IMG/VR virus record: IMGVR_UViG_3300023223_001361
Span: 26,113 to 90,112 of that record
DNA length: 64,000 bases
Source of the DNA: a virus
Strand: one strand, 5' to 3'
In this document: positions 39,074 through 48,400 of the stretch, piece by piece
Numbering within the stretch: position 1 is the first letter of the stretch
Layout: every line of letters starts with the position of its first letter
The notes under the pieces: model-generated
The model's database searches: none
Told to the model about the DNA's origin: nothing
Seen by the model: the letters and a program-made list of their open reading frames with translations, nothing else
Translations under genes and position numbers: made by a program

Positions 39074-39442
39074 ATGGCACAGGACGAAAAACTACATAGT
39101 AAGTTCTATGAGCTTATTCCAGATCCAGAAGATGTAAAAAAATGGGTCATTAAAATTTTGATTGGTCCTTGTAAGGATACTATTGTTCGTTATGGGAGAT
39201 TAAAATTGACTCCTGAAGAGGAAAAACAAGGCGGCGCCCCTTTTGTTTTCGAATGGACATTTGTTAAACCTATACCTGAACAATTAAAAGATATAGAATT
39301 ATCAGATGCAGACTCAAAAGATTTTGAAGTTTTATTAGCGAATATTGCTTTAGAGTTGTTAGAAGATTGGTTTCTTTATGAGGAATCGATGAAAGGGTTT
39401 AATGTAGCCTGCCAACAGTCTGAAACAGAAGAAAAAGAATAA
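39074..39442 (+). CDS. hypothetical protein (gp40 position between uvsX and gp41)
   Basis: Synteny only. Confidence 0.45.
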   Translation: MAQDEKLHSKFYELIPDPEDVKKWVIKILIGPCKDTIVRYGRLKLTPEEEKQGGAPFVFEWTFVKPIPEQLKDIELSDADSKDFEVLLANIALELLEDWFLYEESMKGFNVACQQSETEEKE

Positions 39443-39479
39443 TCGTTTTAATTATTCTTAAATTTGGTATTATAGTGGT

Positions 39480-40862
39480 ATGGTTGATCGTATCGAAATC
39501 CTTATTCTCAGCTCATTATTTTTTAATGAAGACTATATCAGAAAAGTTTTACCTTTCATCAAACCGGAATATTTTTCTGAAAGAATAGAATCTCTAATTT
39601 TTGAAAAGTGTTTTAATTTCATTACAAAATATAATTCTCTTCCCACTAAAGAAGCTATTATCATTCAAATGACTTCAGGTGAAGATGAAATCAGCGATAA
39701 AGAATACCAAGCTGCTATTGATTTAATTTCTTCTCTCAAAAAGAATAAAGAAGTTACAATGGATTGGATGCTTGATCAAACAGAACAGTTTTGTCAAGAT
39801 CAAGCATTGCATAATGCTGTAATGCAAACTATCAAGATTGCTGGTGGTAAGAGTAAAAACATATCCAAAGGTGCAATACCAGAATTAATGAAAGAAGCTC
39901 TTTCGGTATCTTTTGATCCAAATATTGGTCATTCTTATCTAGCCGACTTTGAAAAAAGATTTGATTGGTATCATTCAGAAGAAAGAAAAATCCCATTTGA
40001 TATAAAATTTCTCAATAAGATTACTGGTGGTGGACTCCCATTAAAGACTTTAACTGTTATTCTTGCTGGAACTGCTGTTGGTAAATCATTAGCGATGTGT
40101 CATTTTGCAGCATCAAATTTAATGGCTGGGTATAACGTATTGTATATAACACTTGAAATGTCTGAAGAAAGGACAGGAGAAAGAATAGACGCTAATCTTT
40201 TAAATTTACCGATAGAGAATTTGGATGAGGTTTCTAAAATAATTTTCGAAAGTAAAATAAATAAGCTAGTTAATAAAACAAATGGTGAACTGATCATTAA
40301 AGAGTATCCTACTGCTATGGCATCAACGACACATTTCCGTCATTTATTGAGTGAACTGCATTTAAAGAAAAATTTTGTTCCCGATATCATTTATATTGAT
40401 TATTTGAATATTGCTTCTAGTGCTCGTTTGAAACCTGGTAGAGCAAGCAGTTATGAATATGTTAAAGCTATTGCTGAAGAGTTGAGAGGTTTGGCTGTAG
40501 AACAAAATTTACCTATAGTGACAGCTACACAAACTAATCGAGCTGGTTTCTCATCCAGCGACTTAGATGCAACAGATACTAGTGAAAGTTTTGGTGTGCC
40601 AATGACAGCAGATTTGATGTTTGCTCTTATTACTAACGAAAATCTTGAGAAAATGAATAAACTTCAGATACAACAGGTAAAAAACAGGTATAATGCTCTT
40701 ACCAAGAATAAAAGATTCTTAATTGGAATAGATTTAGCAAAAATGAGATTATATGACTTAGAGGAGCAAGCTCAGGAGACTTTAAGTGAATCAGGTCAAG
40801 AACCAGAGACAACTACCAAAAGAAAAGACAAACGTGGTGTTTTTGACGACATAGAAATCTAA
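39480..40862 (+). CDS. gp41: replicative helicase gp41 (DnaB-like)
   Basis: AGTAVGKS, YITLEM, IDYLNI, TATQTNR, DTSESFG, KNRY. Confidence 0.97.
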   Translation: MVDRIEILILSSLFFNEDYIRKVLPFIKPEYFSERIESLIFEKCFNFITKYNSLPTKEAIIIQMTSGEDEISDKEYQAAIDLISSLKKNKEVTMDWMLDQTEQFCQDQALHNAVMQTIKIAGGKSKNISKGAIPELMKEALSVSFDPNIGHSYLADFEKRFDWYHSEERKIPFDIKFLNKITGGGLPLKTLTVILAGTAVGKSLAMCHFAASNLMAGYNVLYITLEMSEERTGERIDANLLNLPIENLDEVSKIIFESKINKLVNKTNGELIIKEYPTAMASTTHFRHLLSELHLKKNFVPDIIYIDYLNIASSARLKPGRASSYEYVKAIAEELRGLAVEQNLPIVTATQTNRAGFSSSDLDATDTSESFGVPMTADLMFALITNENLEKMNKLQIQQVKNRYNALTKNKRFLIGIDLAKMRLYDLEEQAQETLSESGQEPETTTKRKDKRGVFDDIEI

Positions 40863-40888
40863 CCCAAACTGAGGAAATCCTTCAGCTT

Positions 40889-40896
40889 TATAAATA
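40889..40896 (+). promoter_or_regulatory. late promoter heading the internal-protein operon
   Basis: Perfect TATAAATA after a small hairpin (CTGAGGAAATCCTTCAG). Confidence 0.75.
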
Positions 40897-40901
40897 AGAA
40901 G

Positions 40902-41963
40902 ATGACATTGTATGTTGTCGATTGTTATTGTTTAAAAGAAATGGCAGATATTTCAGGTACAAGGACATCAGGCTTACCAGCCTGGGATTATTACATAAAA
41001 AATAATCCTGATTGGAAAAAATTGGAACTACGGATAGAAAATAAGAAATCTACTTATATTTTCCAAATTAAAAATAAAGGGTTAATTCCAGGTAAAAAGC
41101 TCTATAAAGCAAAAACAAAACTTCAGCTCTTGGATAATAAAATCAAAAAAGTTGGAAGAATTTCAATGGCTAACGTTCAAATTGGGGATGAAAAAGGTTT
41201 TATCTCCATTGCTACAATTCGTAAACCCTCTAAAGCTGGAGAAAGAGGAACTACATTTGATGAAAAAGTGGCTTTCAAAGATTTAAAAAAGCTTATTAAG
41301 AAATTTAAGACTCCTATGGTACCTATAAGTCTTGGTGTTAAGAAAGAAGGAAAAGTAATGTTTACCATTCATGATGCTATAGATGTCCAGACATTCAAGG
41401 GAAATCCGAAAGCTGATTTTGCTATTGTATCTAAAAGTAATAAAATGCCTTTATTCATTTCCCATAAAAAAGCTGGTGGTCCTAAAGCATTTCAACAATT
41501 TTCAGGTGTAAGCTTGAAAGCTGGATTAAGAATTTCAGAGCATAAAGAAGTAAAGAGTTTTTTGAGGAAGTTAGTAAGTTTTATGGATATTGAAAAAAAG
41601 AGGTTAATAAAACCTGTATTTTCAATAATTAAAGATCCGAAGCTGAAAAATTTAGCTGTATTTGGATCGGAATATAAAAAAGGTTCCAAGGATTTTAGTG
41701 AAGAATATGTTCAGATCATTGGTCAGGGGAATCCGATTTTGACTTCAGGTAAGAAAAAGTCTTCTTTTACCTTAGAATGGTCGGAACATTTTGCACCTGC
41801 CGGGGAAATAAAATCATTTAAGGGAGATTTAGAGATTGTTTTTCTTGCTACTTTTAGAGCAGGCAGAAAATTTCATATAGATGGGAAAACATATACTGGA
41901 GCAAGAATAATGATTGCTCCATTGGCTCTCGCGAAAGGAAGATCTGATTTGACTGAGATATAA
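40902..41963 (+). CDS. basic protein with PD-(D/E)xK-like nuclease motif
   Basis: E..PKADFAIV...FISHKK..FQQFSG; start may be ATG 40941. Confidence 0.55.
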   Translation: MTLYVVDCYCLKEMADISGTRTSGLPAWDYYIKNNPDWKKLELRIENKKSTYIFQIKNKGLIPGKKLYKAKTKLQLLDNKIKKVGRISMANVQIGDEKGFISIATIRKPSKAGERGTTFDEKVAFKDLKKLIKKFKTPMVPISLGVKKEGKVMFTIHDAIDVQTFKGNPKADFAIVSKSNKMPLFISHKKAGGPKAFQQFSGVSLKAGLRISEHKEVKSFLRKLVSFMDIEKKRLIKPVFSIIKDPKLKNLAVFGSEYKKGSKDFSEEYVQIIGQGNPILTSGKKKSSFTLEWSEHFAPAGEIKSFKGDLEIVFLATFRAGRKFHIDGKTYTGARIMIAPLALAKGRSDLTEI

Positions 41964-41964
41964 A

Positions 41965-43131
41965 ATGAAAAGTTTTAAAATATTTTTTACGGAAGTAAAA
42001 AAGAATACACATTTAGAGCATATCGAAGATTGGATATTGAATGACGGTGCCGTTGGTGGACGTGATGCTATTTTGATTCTCCAAGATATTGTTGATGATA
42101 TAGCTTCTGGAGAGAAATCTACTCAAATTACGGTAAAATGGGATGGTAGTCCAGCTATAATTTGTGGAACAGATCCCGAAACAAAAAACTTTTTTGTTGG
42201 AACGAAATCTGTTTTTTCGAAGAAAAAACCAAAACTCAATTTCACTTCGGAAGATGTGAGAAGGAACTATTCCAATGAAAATCTACAAGAAATTTTAATA
42301 TTATCTTTAGAGAATTTAAAAGACTTAAATATCAAAGGTGTGTTACAAGGGGATTTGATGTTCACAAAAGATATGTTAAGAACAACAAAAGTACATGGAG
42401 AAGAACTCCTTACTTTTAAACCAAATACGATAACTTATGGTGTGGCAACAAATCTCCCATTAGCAGTTCAAATGAAAGAAGCACAAATAGGAATAATTTT
42501 CCATACAGCATATAGTGGTTCTGGTACTCTTTGTGATTTAAAAGCGAATTTTGAACCAAAAGTTTCTTCCCTCAAAAAAGTTCCAAATGTTTGGTTCGAT
42601 GATGCATCAATAACAAATATTGATAAGTCTTTGTTTTCTCTAGAAGAAAGAAAAAATATTCAATCAATATTGAGAAAAGCGGAAAATCAATTAGCATCTG
42701 CTTCTAAGTTTGCTAATGAGTTATCTATTAATGGTGGAATTCTGAATCACATTAAAAGATTTATAAATGAAAGAATTAGATCGGGGAAGTTAACAGAAAC
42801 AAAAGATATTCCAGAAATAATTGATTTTATTGAAAATCAGTTTCGTTCTGAACTTGGAAAAATTAAGGCTACGACTTTTCTTAAAAATGAACAAGAAGGT
42901 TTTGCAGCATTGATTGAATATCAAACAAGCATAATTCAAGCAAAATTAGAAATATTAAATAAGTTAAATGGTCTAGCAAACATTAATTCATTTAATGAAA
43001 TATCATCAGGAGATTTACAAGTTACTCCACCAGAAGGTTTTGTTTCTATTTCATCTAAGTTGGGTAAAGTCGTTAAATTAGTTAATCGATTGGAATTCAG
43101 TTTCAGAAATTTTTCAAAGGCTGAAGGATAA
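41965..43131 (+). CDS. DUF6267-like protein with ATP-dependent ligase motifs and capsid-targeting leader
   Basis: MKSFKIFFTE; KNTHLEHIED; TVKWDG (motif I), QGDLMF, EGFV, VKLVNR. Confidence 0.75.
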   Translation: MKSFKIFFTEVKKNTHLEHIEDWILNDGAVGGRDAILILQDIVDDIASGEKSTQITVKWDGSPAIICGTDPETKNFFVGTKSVFSKKKPKLNFTSEDVRRNYSNENLQEILILSLENLKDLNIKGVLQGDLMFTKDMLRTTKVHGEELLTFKPNTITYGVATNLPLAVQMKEAQIGIIFHTAYSGSGTLCDLKANFEPKVSSLKKVPNVWFDDASITNIDKSLFSLEERKNIQSILRKAENQLASASKFANELSINGGILNHIKRFINERIRSGKLTETKDIPEIIDFIENQFRSELGKIKATTFLKNEQEGFAALIEYQTSIIQAKLEILNKLNGLANINSFNEISSGDLQVTPPEGFVSISSKLGKVVKLVNRLEFSFRNFSKAEG

Positions 43132-43135
43132 TATA

Positions 43136-43996
43136 ATGAAATTCAAACAGCTAATAAAAGAAGGTGGAAATGCTGTTTCTAATACTTCTCGAATTAATAA
43201 AATAAATGTCAACCCTACTTTGGAATCTTTGTATCGAATTCTTTTGCCAAAAATGAATTTGACAAAGAAAGCTATTAGTATTTTAGGAACCACTGGCAAA
43301 AGGAAAACTTCTGGAGATATTGATATAGCTGTAGATACTCAAGCTTTGATGAAAGGAAGTAAAATAAGTAATATAGATGATTTGTATGATGTAATGGTTT
43401 CCGCTTCAAAATCTGTTAGTAAAGAAGTAAAAGATACAAGAAGTTTAGGAACTATTTCTTTTTCTTTTCCAATCACAAATACAGATGGAAAACAAGCTGG
43501 TAAGTTGGTACAAATAGATTTGTTTCTTGTTAGTAATTTATCTTGGGCTAATTGGATATACTTTGGACCAAGAGAAGAAGAGAGTAAGATAAAGGGATTT
43601 TATAGGAATATTCTTCTTGGTCAAGTCGCTAAACATGTTTCTCTTAAGATTAGAAAAAAAGAAAATGGGGAAAATATAGAACAAGAAAGATTTTTGTTTA
43701 TATTTTCTCAAGGATTAATGAAAGCGATTCAAAGTCGTAGAGGCAAAAAGAAGCTTTTGAAGAATTTTAAAAGCATAAACAGAGAATTAATATCAACGAA
43801 TCCAAATAAAATTGTAAAACTGTTATTTGGTCCAAAAGCCAAACCAGACAATTTGTTAACATTCGAACAAATGTTTGCGGCTGTACAATCGAATGGTTTT
43901 CCGAAGAAATCAAAACGAAATGTTATTTTTTCCGAAACCAAAAAAGTTTTACTAAAGTTGAATGTGCCTATTCCTAATGAATTGGAGCCATTCTAA
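43136..43996 (+). CDS. Pol-beta-superfamily nucleotidyltransferase with capsid-targeting leader
   Basis: MKFKQLIKE-GGN; LGTTG..SGDIDIAVD; VQIDL. Confidence 0.75.
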   Translation: MKFKQLIKEGGNAVSNTSRINKINVNPTLESLYRILLPKMNLTKKAISILGTTGKRKTSGDIDIAVDTQALMKGSKISNIDDLYDVMVSASKSVSKEVKDTRSLGTISFSFPITNTDGKQAGKLVQIDLFLVSNLSWANWIYFGPREEESKIKGFYRNILLGQVAKHVSLKIRKKENGENIEQERFLFIFSQGLMKAIQSRRGKKKLLKNFKSINRELISTNPNKIVKLLFGPKAKPDNLLTFEQMFAAVQSNGFPKKSKRNVIFSETKKVLLKLNVPIPNELEPF

Positions 43997-44907
43997 TGAA
44001 GAGTTTTAAATTTTTTATGAAAGAATCTCTTATTGATCCTGTCCAGGACACCCTTTCGAAACAGATATTCGACAAGACAGATACTCCGAATCCCATAATG
44101 AAAAAGCGCGTTAAGGGTTTCATTATGCGTGGTATTGGAGATTTAGAAGATATCGCAAGAATACTTGATATTCAGATAGTAGGAAGTATTCTCACTCGAC
44201 AGTTTGCACTCAATGCCGATATAGATGTCAATATTTTATTTAAACCATTTGGTGATGCACAAACTGTGCTCAAAAGACTTAGAAAAAGAGCTGCTAAGAT
44301 TAATGGTGCGAAAGTTACAGGAACCAAACATTCAGTGAATTATTTTAGTGTAGTGAGCCAAGAGGTTTTTGATAGAGCTAGTGAATTAACCGATGCTGCT
44401 TATGATTTAAATACAGATAAATGGCTCAAGAAAGCGAAAGCTCAACCATTTGATCCAGATAAGTATATTGAGGAGTTTGATAAAGCTGCGTCTAAGCTTG
44501 ATATTATGAAAGATGAACTAGTCAGAGACATTGCAGACTTTAAGCAATTACAGTCTTTAAAACCAATTGAATTATCCAAGCTTTCCCAAAAAGTTAACGG
44601 AAAAGTTCAAGAACTCGAAAAAGATATGAAAGACATCATCGACACTCATCAATTAGCAAAACAAGTTAGAAGAGATATTTTCTCTAAACCCCTTTCACCA
44701 AAAGAAATAAAAGATTATGGCAGTAAGAACGCATTACCAGAGAATGTAATCTTTAAACTATTAGAGAGATTTTTATATTGGAATTTAGCATCCAAGCTAA
44801 AAGAAATAATTGGAGATGATAAGAAATTATCGAAGCCGGAAGCGAAGAAATTGAAGAACGTAAAGGTGCCGCCAGATGCGAAAGGAAGACTTAAAAGCTC
44901 ACGTTAA
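43996..44907 (+). CDS. second Pol-beta-superfamily nucleotidyltransferase with capsid-targeting leader
   Basis: MKSFKFFMKE; IVGSI...ADIDVNI. Confidence 0.7.
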   Translation: MKSFKFFMKESLIDPVQDTLSKQIFDKTDTPNPIMKKRVKGFIMRGIGDLEDIARILDIQIVGSILTRQFALNADIDVNILFKPFGDAQTVLKRLRKRAAKINGAKVTGTKHSVNYFSVVSQEVFDRASELTDAAYDLNTDKWLKKAKAQPFDPDKYIEEFDKAASKLDIMKDELVRDIADFKQLQSLKPIELSKLSQKVNGKVQELEKDMKDIIDTHQLAKQVRRDIFSKPLSPKEIKDYGSKNALPENVIFKLLERFLYWNLASKLKEIIGDDKKLSKPEAKKLKNVKVPPDAKGRLKSSR

Positions 44908-45559
44908 GAGTAGTTATACAGTAACTTGGAAAGGTGATAGATTTGATTATTCTTATCCAGATGATAAAGGTAAATCTGTGCCTTGGTTTGCTGTGATCGA
45001 AGATGATAAGATTACATTTGGTAAAGGCACTGGGGATGAAATAGTCTACGAAATTGGAGACCTAGATATACTCGATAAAAGACTGAAAAATCATGATGTG
45101 CCAAAGAAGAAAAAGTTGGAATCATTTAAGAAATTTGTCGCAACAGAAGAAACGCTTGATAGTTTTGCTGCTAAAGCTTGGAAAGCTGGTGATCCCAAGC
45201 TGAAAAAAGATATTCAAAAGATTCTTTCGGAAAAGGAAGGGTATAAAGTAACAACTTCTATCTCTACTTTGGGCGGTGCTGATAGACCTTCTTTTAGTGT
45301 TAGTTATTGGAATATTAATGATGCTAAAGGAAATATTAAACAAAATTCAACAGCCCATACTATTTTGATTATGCACACTGATAAAAATAACAAAGTCTGG
45401 AAGTGGGAGATGGCTACTGCCCACTTCAAACAAAAACAGAATGGTATTAAATTCCGTGCCCTTCGATCAACCAAGTCAATGGATGATGCTAATGCCAAAC
45501 TGCTTGCATGGATTAAGAAAAATAAGCCTGATTTAGATGCTTTAAGGGATGGAAAATAA
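44876..45559 (+). CDS. hypothetical two-domain protein with internal leader-like motif
   Basis: Internal LESFKKFVATEE. Confidence 0.55.
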   Translation: MRKEDLKAHVKSSYTVTWKGDRFDYSYPDDKGKSVPWFAVIEDDKITFGKGTGDEIVYEIGDLDILDKRLKNHDVPKKKKLESFKKFVATEETLDSFAAKAWKAGDPKLKKDIQKILSEKEGYKVTTSISTLGGADRPSFSVSYWNINDAKGNIKQNSTAHTILIMHTDKNNKVWKWEMATAHFKQKQNGIKFRALRSTKSMDDANAKLLAWIKKNKPDLDALRDGK

Positions 45560-46134
45560 TGAAATCTTTTAAGTATTTTGTGGAAAAAGTAATAGGAACT
45601 GGAAGTAAATCATTAGGTGTTGAGCGGGATGATATGCCCCAAATAAAAGATCCTGAAAAATTTGTTTCCTTCTTAAAAAGAAATGGTTTAAAGGTTTCTG
45701 AAGATCATATAAAGGCAAGTGATATTAAATTTACCCAAAAACACTTAAAGACAGAAAAAATAGATGATATCTTAAAACAGAAAGGAGAAATTAATTGTTC
45801 TGATTTTCTTGTTTCTTCAGATAATCATATATTGGATGGGCATCATAGATTAGCAGCTCAAAAGAGAAAAGATGAAAATAGGGTAATATGTGTTCAGAAG
45901 GTAAATGCAAAAATGCCTGTTGTTTTAAAATTTGCAAATGACTTTTCTGGAGCAAAATTTGTTGGTGTTGATGAAGTCATCGATTTAAAGAAAGGTTCTG
46001 AACAGGATGCAATTAAGAGAGCTATTGATGATTTCAAAGATAGTGATGCTCCACAGTTCAAAGGTAAGAGTAAAGAGAAACGCATACAAATGGCAGTAGC
46101 CGCAGTTAAAGCAGTAAGAAGAAGAAATGGCTAG
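45559..46134 (+). CDS. ParB/Srx-like domain protein with capsid-targeting leader
   Basis: MKSFKYFVE; RDDMPQI; LVSSDNHILDGHHR; C-terminal DFKDSDAPQFKGKSKEKR. Confidence 0.75.
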   Translation: MKSFKYFVEKVIGTGSKSLGVERDDMPQIKDPEKFVSFLKRNGLKVSEDHIKASDIKFTQKHLKTEKIDDILKQKGEINCSDFLVSSDNHILDGHHRLAAQKRKDENRVICVQKVNAKMPVVLKFANDFSGAKFVGVDEVIDLKKGSEQDAIKRAIDDFKDSDAPQFKGKSKEKRIQMAVAAVKAVRRRNG

Positions 46135-47143
46135 AAAAACTTTTCAAGATTTATTGGTAGAGCAGCAAGGTAAAACTGTTGTATTTGCATTTGGTAGATT
46201 TAATCCACCAACAATAGGTCATGAAAAATTGTTGGATAAGGTAGTTCAGCTTGCTCAGCGAAATAGAGCTGAAGCTAGAATTTATCCTAGTTTATCTCAA
46301 GATAACAAAAAAAATCCATTATCTGTTAAAGATAGGGTTAAGTTCCTAAAAATGATGACTAAATTTCCTAAGATGATAGTCAATAATAAAGTATTGAAAA
46401 CACCTGGAGCTGCTTTAGAAGCTCTTGCACAAGAGGGGTTTGAAACTGTTGTTATAGTAGTTGGTGGGGATAGAGTAAAAGATCTAAATAGATCTTTAGG
46501 TCCATTTTCAGAAAAGTTAGGTATTAAAAACTTTCAAGTTATTAGTGCTGGGATAAGAGATTTAGATGTCGAAGGAGCTACAGGTATGAGTTCTTCAAAG
46601 ATGAGAGCTGCTGCATCTGATGGTAATTTCACTTTATTCGAAAAAGGTATCTCTAAAAAGATTAATGTGAAGTTTAAGAAGCAAATATTTCAAAAGGTGA
46701 GAAAAAGTTTAGGTTTAAAAAAGATTAATGAAGAAATTCAAAGACCAAATATAGTAAAACTGAATGAAGTTGATTTTTGTTACTTTAATAAAGAAACGAC
46801 TTTTAAATTTACTGACTCTTTGGGTTTTACTGTTTCAAACATGAAAATTTCTGAAGTGAAATTATGTGATCCAAATATAGATTATGAGAAAGCATCAAAA
46901 ATAGCTCAAACAGCTAATAGAGCATGGCTTGGTAATATATTTCATATTAGCGAAGATAATTTTCTTTATGGAGATTTGGAAAGATTTGTTGCTTTATTAA
47001 GCAGAGATCCTAAAGCAATCATCAGAGTTAGAAGAATCAAAGGAACTATTCAAGAGATTTTTCAAAGTGCTAATAATTATTCAAACGAGGTATCAAGTAA
47101 ATTAAACTGTCAATTTGAAGAGGTTATTAATGAAAACATTTAA
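46127..47143 (+). CDS. HIGH-family nucleotidyl (cytidylyl) transferase + degenerate ParB-like domain
   Basis: FGRFNPPTIGHEKL, VVGGDR, GMSSSKMR; leader RKTFQDLLVE. Confidence 0.85.
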   Translation: MARKTFQDLLVEQQGKTVVFAFGRFNPPTIGHEKLLDKVVQLAQRNRAEARIYPSLSQDNKKNPLSVKDRVKFLKMMTKFPKMIVNNKVLKTPGAALEALAQEGFETVVIVVGGDRVKDLNRSLGPFSEKLGIKNFQVISAGIRDLDVEGATGMSSSKMRAAASDGNFTLFEKGISKKINVKFKKQIFQKVRKSLGLKKINEEIQRPNIVKLNEVDFCYFNKETTFKFTDSLGFTVSNMKISEVKLCDPNIDYEKASKIAQTANRAWLGNIFHISEDNFLYGDLERFVALLSRDPKAIIRVRRIKGTIQEIFQSANNYSNEVSSKLNCQFEEVINENI

Positions 47144-47336
47144 GACTTTCGCTGAAGGCGAAAACACAGATCGAGTAAAAATCAAACAAGATAAAGAAAA
47201 AGGAGCTTTACAACGTCGTCAAGATGATGAAAAAGATAAAGCATCACAGGATGACTTTGATGTTGATCAAGCGAAAAAACAAAGAGAAAGAGAACAAAAG
47301 AAAAGAGAAAGTGATAGAGAAAAAGCTCTTAAATAG
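47130..47336 (+). CDS. highly charged small protein with capsid-targeting leader
   Basis: MKTFKTFAE; RBS GAGG. Confidence 0.6.
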   Translation: MKTFKTFAEGENTDRVKIKQDKEKGALQRRQDDEKDKASQDDFDVDQAKKQREREQKKRESDREKALK

Positions 47337-47443
47337 TAATTTTGGAGCCAGTATTTAGGCAAGAGTCAAAATTTGCTTGAAAAAGTGAATTTTTTGATAG
47401 TCTTAAAGTTTTTTTGGACATTTGAGTTTTGAGGATATAAATA

Positions 47444-47638
47444 ATGCCTTTTTATGAATATAGACGCAAAGATGGAACAATTTTTGAGATAGAACAGAAG
47501 ATAACAGATGACAAATTAACTGTGTGCCCAGAGACAGGTCAGAAATGTAGAAAGGTTATTTCAAAAACCGGTGCTCCTATATTTAACAAGGGATGTGGTG
47601 GCTTTTATTCTTGCGATTATAAAAAGAAAGGCAAATAA
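47444..47638 (+). CDS. FmdB-family zinc-ribbon-like protein
   Basis: MPFYEY...FEIEQKITD..LTVCPE...GGFY..DY. Confidence 0.75.
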   Translation: MPFYEYRRKDGTIFEIEQKITDDKLTVCPETGQKCRKVISKTGAPIFNKGCGGFYSCDYKKKGK

Positions 47639-48400
47639 ATGTGTTTAATTGCTGTTAAATATATTCCTGAGCAACAATCATGGGTTGGTGTCAAGAACAG
47701 AGATAGAGTTGCAAAGCCGGTAATACGAATTCGCAAAAGCTTTCGACGTGGTATGGAACGACTATATATGTGGGATGATAAGACAAAATACACTGAAGGT
47801 ATTAATGAATTTGGTGTTGCTATTTTGTCTGCTGGTATGGATTCAGAAAGAGATACAATTGATGGGCTTGCTATAAGAACAGCATTATTTGAACAGACCG
47901 TAGAAGGTGCTGTTCAGAAAATTGTAGATTTAAAAGTAAGAGGAAGAACATTTGTTTTCTCAAAAGATATAGCATGGCAAGTTGGAATAGAAAAAGGTAA
48001 TGGTAAAGATTTTATGATTGCAGATGTAGAAATGAGTAGACAAGAACATCATGTTTTTATTTCAGTTGATGATGCTTTTCAAGAGCACAAAAGATGGCGC
48101 ACTGCAATGAAAGAAACACAATTGGCTAGAAGTGCAATGGAATTATTTGATGGTATGTCATCTACAGATGATGAGAATCCACAAGATAATCCATTAATTG
48201 TTACCGATAAAAGAAAAGCAATGAAAACTACGGGTCAAGTTATGATTCTGCCTTCAGAGATGACTATGCATTATAGAGCTATGTGGGGTGATGTTCGTTT
48301 CAGCTTAGACAAATTAAATTCCCCGATTGAGAAAACATTTTTTGAAATTGTGTCGACTAGAAAATTAATAAGTTTCGGAGAAGAAAGTGCAAACTCTTAA
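47639..48400 (+). CDS. Ntn-hydrolase-like protein (N-terminal Cys)
   Basis: MCLIAV...KNRDR...EGINEFGVAI. Confidence 0.65.
   Translation: MCLIAVKYIPEQQSWVGVKNRDRVAKPVIRIRKSFRRGMERLYMWDDKTKYTEGINEFGVAILSAGMDSERDTIDGLAIRTALFEQTVEGAVQKIVDLKVRGRTFVFSKDIAWQVGIEKGNGKDFMIADVEMSRQEHHVFISVDDAFQEHKRWRTAMKETQLARSAMELFDGMSSTDDENPQDNPLIVTDKRKAMKTTGQVMILPSEMTMHYRAMWGDVRFSLDKLNSPIEKTFFEIVSTRKLISFGEESANS

Noticed and set aside
47436-47443. TATAAATA late promoter
   Set aside because: It sits between the GAGGA RBS and the ATG, too close to serve that gene; probably spacer sequence.
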